This document shows, in pieces, positions 58,962 to 64,000 of a DNA stretch of 64,000 nucleotides. The position numbers and the translations under genes were made by a program. Within the stretch, counting starts at the first letter, position 1, and each line of letters opens with the position of its first letter. The stretch is from Candidatus Multivoradales bacterium (lineage in GTDB: Bacteria > Acidobacteriota > Thermoanaerobaculia > Multivoradales > JAHEKO01): the NCBI GenBank assembly GCA_965223155.1, contig CBDCVR010000014.1, forward strand, positions 768,001-832,000. Reading direction: 5' to 3'. The notes beneath the pieces were generated by a model, which was given only the letters and a program-made list of their open reading frames with translations, was not told where the DNA came from and did no database searches.

Positions 58962-60182
58962 ATGCGACAGTCCAACCGGCGGGCGATGGCCTGTGGGGGC
59001 TTCTTTCTCTGCCTCCTCGCCGTCTCCCCGCAGGCCCATAGCCACGACCAAGATTTCGGGGAACCCTGGAGCGGCAGCGGCCACACCGGGCAGATTCTGA
59101 TCCCGCAAGCCGGGCGCATCCTCGAGTTCCCGGCCCGCAAGGTAGCCCTGCTCTCCTGGTTGAGCCCGGAGGACCTGAGCGGCTCGGTCCAGCGGGCAAA
59201 CGACGTCTGGGGATACCTCTCTCCAGCGGGACGCGAGTACGCAATCGTGGGGCTCCAGACGGGAACGGCGTTCGTCGAGGTCACCGACCCCGAAAACCCG
59301 GCTGTCGTCGCGATGCTCCCCGGAGCGGCATCATCCTGGCGCGACATGGCCTCCTACAAGGGATTCGTCTACAGCGTGAACGAGACTGGAGACGGCATTC
59401 AAGTAGTGGACGTCCGCCGCATCGATAGCGGCAAGATTCGATTGGTTCGGACAGTCCGGCAACTGGGCCTAGCGACGGTTCACAACATCTCGATCAACCC
59501 GGACTCGGGCTTCGCCTACCTGAGCGGCTCGAACCTGGGAGGCCTGGTCGCGGTCGACCTGTCCAACCCGGCCCGACCCACGGTCGTATCGACCAACTGG
59601 CCCTTCGCCTATGTGCATGACGTCCTGGTCGTGAGCTACGACAAGGGGCGTCATGCCGGCCGGGAAATCGCCTATGCGTTCGCAGGGCGTTCGGGCCTCG
59701 CCATCATCGATGTCACCGACAAGACCAACATGTTCGCGATCTCGGTTGACCGGTACCCGGGCCTGGCGTACTGCCATAGCGGCTGGCTCGATGAGAACCG
59801 GCGCTACCTCTACGTCAACGATGAGCTCGACGAGCGTGAAGGCAAGGCCGAGCGCGCCACCGTCCATCTCTTCAAGGTCCAGGACTTCGAAAAGGCCCGG
59901 TACGTCAAGGGCGTCGCCACGGGCCCCCCAACGATCGACCACAACAACATGGTGCGCGGTCAATTCCTGTACCAGGCCAACTACGAATCCGGCCTGCGCA
60001 TCCTTCGCATCAAGCGCCCCAAGGCGCCACGCACGGTCGCTTTCTTCGATACTTTCCCCGATGGCAACGCCAAGAACTTTCGCGGTGCCTGGGGCGTCTA
60101 CGCTGGCCTGCCGAGCGGCGTCGTCCTGGTTTCCGACATCCAGCGCGGCCTGTTCGTCTTGATGCCCCCGGCCAGTCGTTGA
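58962..60182 (+). CDS. Choice-of-anchor B family / LVIVD-repeat secreted protein
   Basis: Signal peptide then HSHD; NDVWGY...GREYAIVG...GTAFVEVTDP, SSWRDM, HNISIN, YVHD, YCHSGWL...NDELDE, IDHN...YQANYESGLR, GAWGVY...SDIQRGLFVL. Confidence 0.88.
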   Translation: MRQSNRRAMACGGFFLCLLAVSPQAHSHDQDFGEPWSGSGHTGQILIPQAGRILEFPARKVALLSWLSPEDLSGSVQRANDVWGYLSPAGREYAIVGLQTGTAFVEVTDPENPAVVAMLPGAASSWRDMASYKGFVYSVNETGDGIQVVDVRRIDSGKIRLVRTVRQLGLATVHNISINPDSGFAYLSGSNLGGLVAVDLSNPARPTVVSTNWPFAYVHDVLVVSYDKGRHAGREIAYAFAGRSGLAIIDVTDKTNMFAISVDRYPGLAYCHSGWLDENRRYLYVNDELDEREGKAERATVHLFKVQDFEKARYVKGVATGPPTIDHNNMVRGQFLYQANYESGLRILRIKRPKAPRTVAFFDTFPDGNAKNFRGAWGVYAGLPSGVVLVSDIQRGLFVLMPPASR

Positions 60183-60446
60183 GCCCTCGGGGCCGCGATA
60201 CCAGAGCGTCCGCCGCCCCCTGAGAACGGCGCCGGGCCGAGGCTCTCGGAGCCGGCCCGCGCGACGACCTCGGCTCGGTCGCAGGTCGGCGCCCGGCTCA
60301 AGGAACCCCATGGCAATCGCACGGAGACCGGGCCCCGGCCGGCTCCCGACTCGCGCCGAGATTCTCTCCGCACTTGGCGCTCAACCCTTCCGCACCGTAA
60401 GATCGGGGCCGACCCTCGAAACGCGCGCGGCGCAACCGGTAGCCAG

Positions 60447-62375
60447 ATGGGCGAACACAACATCCGGCGTGGAGCCGACTCCCAGGAGATCCGGGACTTC
60501 ACCAAGAAGCTCCTGACCGATCTGCGCGCCCTGGAGCGTCTGATCGAGGAGAACCGCCTGGAGGAGGACGCCCTGCGCATCGGCGCCGAGCAGGAGGTCT
60601 TCCTGGTCGATCAGCACTGGCAGCCGGCCTCGGCCAGCCGCGAGGTCCTCGAGCGCATCGACGACGAGCACTTCACCACCGAGCTCGGCCAGTTCAACCT
60701 GGAGTTCAACCTGGATCCGATCGACATGGCGCCGGGCTGTCTGCTCGCCCTCGAGAAACAGCTCGACGAGCTCCTCCAGAAAACCGTCGCTGCGGCGGAA
60801 GACGCCGGCGTTCATGCAGTGCTTACGGGCATCCTGCCGACCCTCGACAAGTCGCACCTGAGTCTCGACAACATGACGCCGATGCCACGCTACTTCCAGC
60901 TCAACGACGCCATGACTCGGCTTCGCGGCGGCGCCTACGACTTTCGCATCAAGGGCCGGGACGAGCTCCTCGTCCAGCACGACAACGTCATGCTCGAGGC
61001 CTGCAACACCAGCTTTCAGGTCCACTTCCAGGTCTCGCCCGAGCGCTTCGTCAGCCGCTACAACCTGGCCCAGGCGGTGGCCGCGCCAGTGCTGGCGGCC
61101 GCGGTCAACTCGCCCCTGCTCTTCGGCAAGCAGCTTTGGCGCGAGACCCGAATCGCCCTTTTCCAGCAATCGGTGGACACGCGCTCGCCCACGAGCCACA
61201 TGCGCGACCTCGCTCCCAGGGTGAGCTTCGGCCGGACCTGGGTCCACGAGTCCGCCCTCGAGATCTTCCAGGAAGACATCGCCCGGTTTCGGGTCATCAT
61301 GGCGACCGAGGTCGATGAGGATCCGTTCGAAGTCCTGGCCGCCGGCGGCGTGCCCAAGCTGCCCGCCCTCCGGCTCCACAACGGCACCGTCTACCGCTGG
61401 AACCGACCCTGCTACGGCATCTCGAACGGCGAGCCGCATCTCAGAATCGAGAACCGCGTCCTGCCGGCCGGGCCCACGGTTCTGGACGAGATGGCCAACG
61501 CCGCCTTCTGGTTCGGTCTGATGAGCGGCGTCGCCGAGGAGTTCGGGGACATCACCAAGGTGATGACCTTCGAGGACGCTCGCGAGAACTTCGTCAAGGC
61601 GGCCCGGCTGGGCCTGGGCGCCCAGTTCGACTGGCCTCAGCGGCCGCAGGTCGCGGCCCGCGACCTGATTCTCGAGGAGCTGTTGCCAATGGCGCGCCAC
61701 GGGCTCCGCAGCCTGTCGATCGAGGACACCGAGGCCAACCGGTATCTCGACGTCATCGAAGAGCGCGTCCGCTCCTCCCGTACCCCCGCTCAGTGGATGG
61801 TCGAATCCTACGTCGCCATGCGCCAGCAAGGCGGGGAGTCCGAGTCCCTGGCCGGGCTCGTAGCCGCCACCGTGCAACAGCAACGGCGAGGCGAGCCGGT
61901 CCATACCTGGGAGGCCGCCAGCATCGACGACGCCGGCAACGAGAAGATGCATTACCGGCGAGTCAAACAGCTCATGGTCACCGATCTCTTCACCGTCCAC
62001 CATGACGAGCTGGTCGACATGGCGGCCTACGTCATGAACTGGAAGCACATCCGCCACGTGCCGGTGGAAGACGACGAACACCGCCTGGTCGGTCTGGTCA
62101 CCCACCGTTCGCTGCTGCGCCTGCTGGGAGAGAACCTGGCCAGCAGCCAGAACCGGGCAGTGCCGGTCAGCGAGATCATGCAGACCGATCTGGTCACTGT
62201 CGAACCAGAGACTCCGTCGGTCGACGCCATCCGCCTCATGCGGCAACACAAGATCAGCTGCCTGCCCGTGGTGACCGAAGGCAATCGCCTGGTCGGCATC
62301 GTCACAGAGCGAGATTTCATGGGCATCGCCGGCCAGCTCCTGGAGAAGTTCCTGAGCGAGGACGAGGCGGGTTGA
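60447..62375 (+). CDS. Glutamate--cysteine ligase (GCS2-like) family protein with C-terminal CBS pair
   Basis: IGAEQEVFLVD, TTELGQFNLE, EACNTSFQVH, NSPLLFG...WRETRIALFQQS, HNGTVYRWNR, RIENR; two CBS domains (IRHVPVED, ISCLPVV...LVGIVTERDF). Confidence 0.88.
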   Translation: MGEHNIRRGADSQEIRDFTKKLLTDLRALERLIEENRLEEDALRIGAEQEVFLVDQHWQPASASREVLERIDDEHFTTELGQFNLEFNLDPIDMAPGCLLALEKQLDELLQKTVAAAEDAGVHAVLTGILPTLDKSHLSLDNMTPMPRYFQLNDAMTRLRGGAYDFRIKGRDELLVQHDNVMLEACNTSFQVHFQVSPERFVSRYNLAQAVAAPVLAAAVNSPLLFGKQLWRETRIALFQQSVDTRSPTSHMRDLAPRVSFGRTWVHESALEIFQEDIARFRVIMATEVDEDPFEVLAAGGVPKLPALRLHNGTVYRWNRPCYGISNGEPHLRIENRVLPAGPTVLDEMANAAFWFGLMSGVAEEFGDITKVMTFEDARENFVKAARLGLGAQFDWPQRPQVAARDLILEELLPMARHGLRSLSIEDTEANRYLDVIEERVRSSRTPAQWMVESYVAMRQQGGESESLAGLVAATVQQQRRGEPVHTWEAASIDDAGNEKMHYRRVKQLMVTDLFTVHHDELVDMAAYVMNWKHIRHVPVEDDEHRLVGLVTHRSLLRLLGENLASSQNRAVPVSEIMQTDLVTVEPETPSVDAIRLMRQHKISCLPVVTEGNRLVGIVTERDFMGIAGQLLEKFLSEDEAG

Positions 62376-62935
62376 GGGTGGCATCCGCGCGCGCCGCCGC
62401 CGCCCTCCTGGCCGTGCTCATGCCGATGACAGCGGCTTGCGCGCCCGCTCCCGAGGCGCCGCCCCAGAGCTCGGCACCCGAGCGAGTCGAAAACGACGCG
62501 CTCGGCATCGCCGTCGCCGCCGTACCGGCCGTCTTCGAGGTTGTCGCCGGCGATGACGCGACCATCCAGCTCGGAACGCCCTCGCTGCCAACGCTCGGTC
62601 GGATAACCGTCAGCGCCGGGCCGATCGACCCCTACGGCATCAATCTGGTCGAAGCCGTCAAGGCACGCCGGGCCGAGTTCGAGGCCGCCCCCGGCGGCGA
62701 GTACTTCGGCAACCGCGAGCTGGGGACACCGATCGGCACCGCCTACACCGCGCGCGGAGCCTACGATGGCTCCGAAGGGCGAATCGAGGAAACCTGGGCC
62801 TTCGCCGTCCACCCCAGCGCCAACCGGCTGCTTACGGTGATCTACGCCTACCCGCCCGGCGAAGGCCAGGAGCGGGTCGGGCACCTGCTCGAGCTCCTGG
62901 GCGAGATCGAAGCCCACTACAGCGGCCCGTCGTAG
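62372..62935 (+). CDS. Hypothetical lipoprotein
   Basis: TTG overlaps the GCS2-CBS stop; ALLAVLMPMTAAC lipobox; coding-like composition. Confidence 0.7.
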   Translation: MRVASARAAAALLAVLMPMTAACAPAPEAPPQSSAPERVENDALGIAVAAVPAVFEVVAGDDATIQLGTPSLPTLGRITVSAGPIDPYGINLVEAVKARRAEFEAAPGGEYFGNRELGTPIGTAYTARGAYDGSEGRIEETWAFAVHPSANRLLTVIYAYPPGEGQERVGHLLELLGEIEAHYSGPS

Positions 62936-63007
62936 GGACCGCGGCGGACGGTACAGGTGGCGTGCCCCCGGCCAGCCAAACGGGGTCTGCCGGCAGGCTC
63001 TTCCCGG

Positions 63008-64000
63008 CTAGGCCGCCCGGGTGCCGTACTGCAAGAGATGCAGCCGGTAGTAGATCCCCCGGCGCTCGAGAAGTTGTTCGTGGGTCCCTTCTTCGGCCAG
63101 GCGGCCCTTGTGCAACACCAGGATGCGGTCGGCCCGCCGGATGGTCGATAGCCGGTGGGCGATCACCAGGGAGGTGCGGTTCGCAAGGAGCTTGTCCAGG
63201 CCGATCTGGATTCTCTGTTCGGTGTCGCTATCGATAGACGAGGTGGCTTCGTCGAGGACCAGAATCTCGGGATCAAAGGCCAGCGCCCGGGCGAACGAAA
63301 CCAGTTGCTTCTGCCCCACCGAGAGGCCGGCGCCGCGCTCGCGGACCACGGCCTCGAAGCCCCCATCCAAGCGCTCAATGAAATCCAGGGCCTGAACCTC
63401 GCGGGCGGCCCAGCGCAACCGTTCGCCGTCGATCCGGTCGTCGCCGAGCCGGATGTTGTCGGCGAGCGATCCTGAAAAGAGAAATACGTCCTGGAGCACG
63501 ACGCCGACGGAGCGGCGCAAGCGCTCGAGGTCCCAGTCCCGGACATCGATTCCGTCCACTTCGACCCGGCCGGTATCGACGTCGTAGAAGCGCTGCAACA
63601 GAGCGGCCAGCGTGCTCTTGCCGGCGCCGGTGTGCCCCACGATTGCCACCGTCTCGCCGGAATGCACCTCGAACGAGACGTCGTGCAAGACCGGCTCGCC
63701 TTCGAGATATCCGAAGGTCACGCCGGCAAAGGAGATCTCACCCCGCACGCTCGCCGGCTTGAAGCCTGAGGCCGCCGACTCCAGCTCGACCTCGTGATCC
63801 AGGAGCTCGAAGATCCGCTCCGAGGCAGCCATCGCCGCCTGCAAGATGTTGTATTTCTCGGACAGATCCGCGAGCGGGCGGTAGAAGCGCTGGGCGTACT
63901 GGAGAAACGCCACCAGCGCGCCCAGCGACAGGGCGCCGGCCATGACCCGGCCGCCGCCGTACCAGAGCACCAGCGCGACGCCCACGCTGGTGATGAGCTC
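63008..64000 (-). CDS. ABC exporter, fused TMD-NBD (MdlB/YheH-like half), 5'-partial
   Basis: SLGALVAFLQYAQRFYRPLADLSEKYNILQAAMAASERIF, GHTGAGKST, LSVGQKQL, LDEATSSID; open past the window end. Confidence 0.92.
   Translation of the reverse strand, partial: ELITSVGVALVLWYGGGRVMAGALSLGALVAFLQYAQRFYRPLADLSEKYNILQAAMAASERIFELLDHEVELESAASGFKPASVRGEISFAGVTFGYLEGEPVLHDVSFEVHSGETVAIVGHTGAGKSTLAALLQRFYDVDTGRVEVDGIDVRDWDLERLRRSVGVVLQDVFLFSGSLADNIRLGDDRIDGERLRWAAREVQALDFIERLDGGFEAVVRERGAGLSVGQKQLVSFARALAFDPEILVLDEATSSIDSDTEQRIQIGLDKLLANRTSLVIAHRLSTIRRADRILVLHKGRLAEEGTHEQLLERRGIYYRLHLLQYGTRAA

Noticed and set aside
60381-62384. 667-aa minus-strand ORF opposite GCS2-CBS
   Set aside because: Antisense shadow with no recognisable domain.

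Overview
High-GC (roughly 65-70% by eye) bacterial chromosomal segment, densely coding, with no recognisable rRNA, tRNA, CRISPR array, transposase or prophage. Gene content suggests Acidobacteriota (Thermoanaerobaculia-like); this is inference only. From left to right it holds three FG-GAP/CRTAC1-ASPIC-UnbV secreted proteins, a CNNM/CorC protein, and proS behind a Zn-ribbon TPR gene. Next come an ECF sigma / zinc anti-sigma / membrane-protein locus and a long minus-strand run: pilMNOPQ, three Ig-like lipoproteins, TPR, Roadblock/LC7, accB, accC, thiE, NSS transporter with MetS-type subunit, aroK, metallophosphoesterase and a HEAT-cyclophilin. These are followed by rpmB, rel, lolA-tgt-yajC-secD-secF, a ~780-bp intergenic region, a FYDLN-type Zn-finger gene, a DAACS symporter and an HD hydrolase. 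The right end carries manC-trmB-ABC-TIGR01777-SRPBCC, an msrP without msrQ, a group II decarboxylase, a DsbA-like gene, tmk-holB, pntA1-A2-B, a choice-of-anchor B protein, a GCS2-CBS fusion and a partial ABC exporter. Best leads: (1) a sigma54-type promoter in front of an unannotated 19-codon ORF or sRNA; (2) a ComEA/HhH-like insert in the SecF periplasmic loop; (3) a pilQ-linked accessory module of Ig lipoproteins with a low-GC C-terminal segment plus a TPR/Roadblock pair; (4) several small genes below the ORF-track cut-off and many apparently leaderless transcripts. All calls come from reading motifs by eye; no database searches were run.
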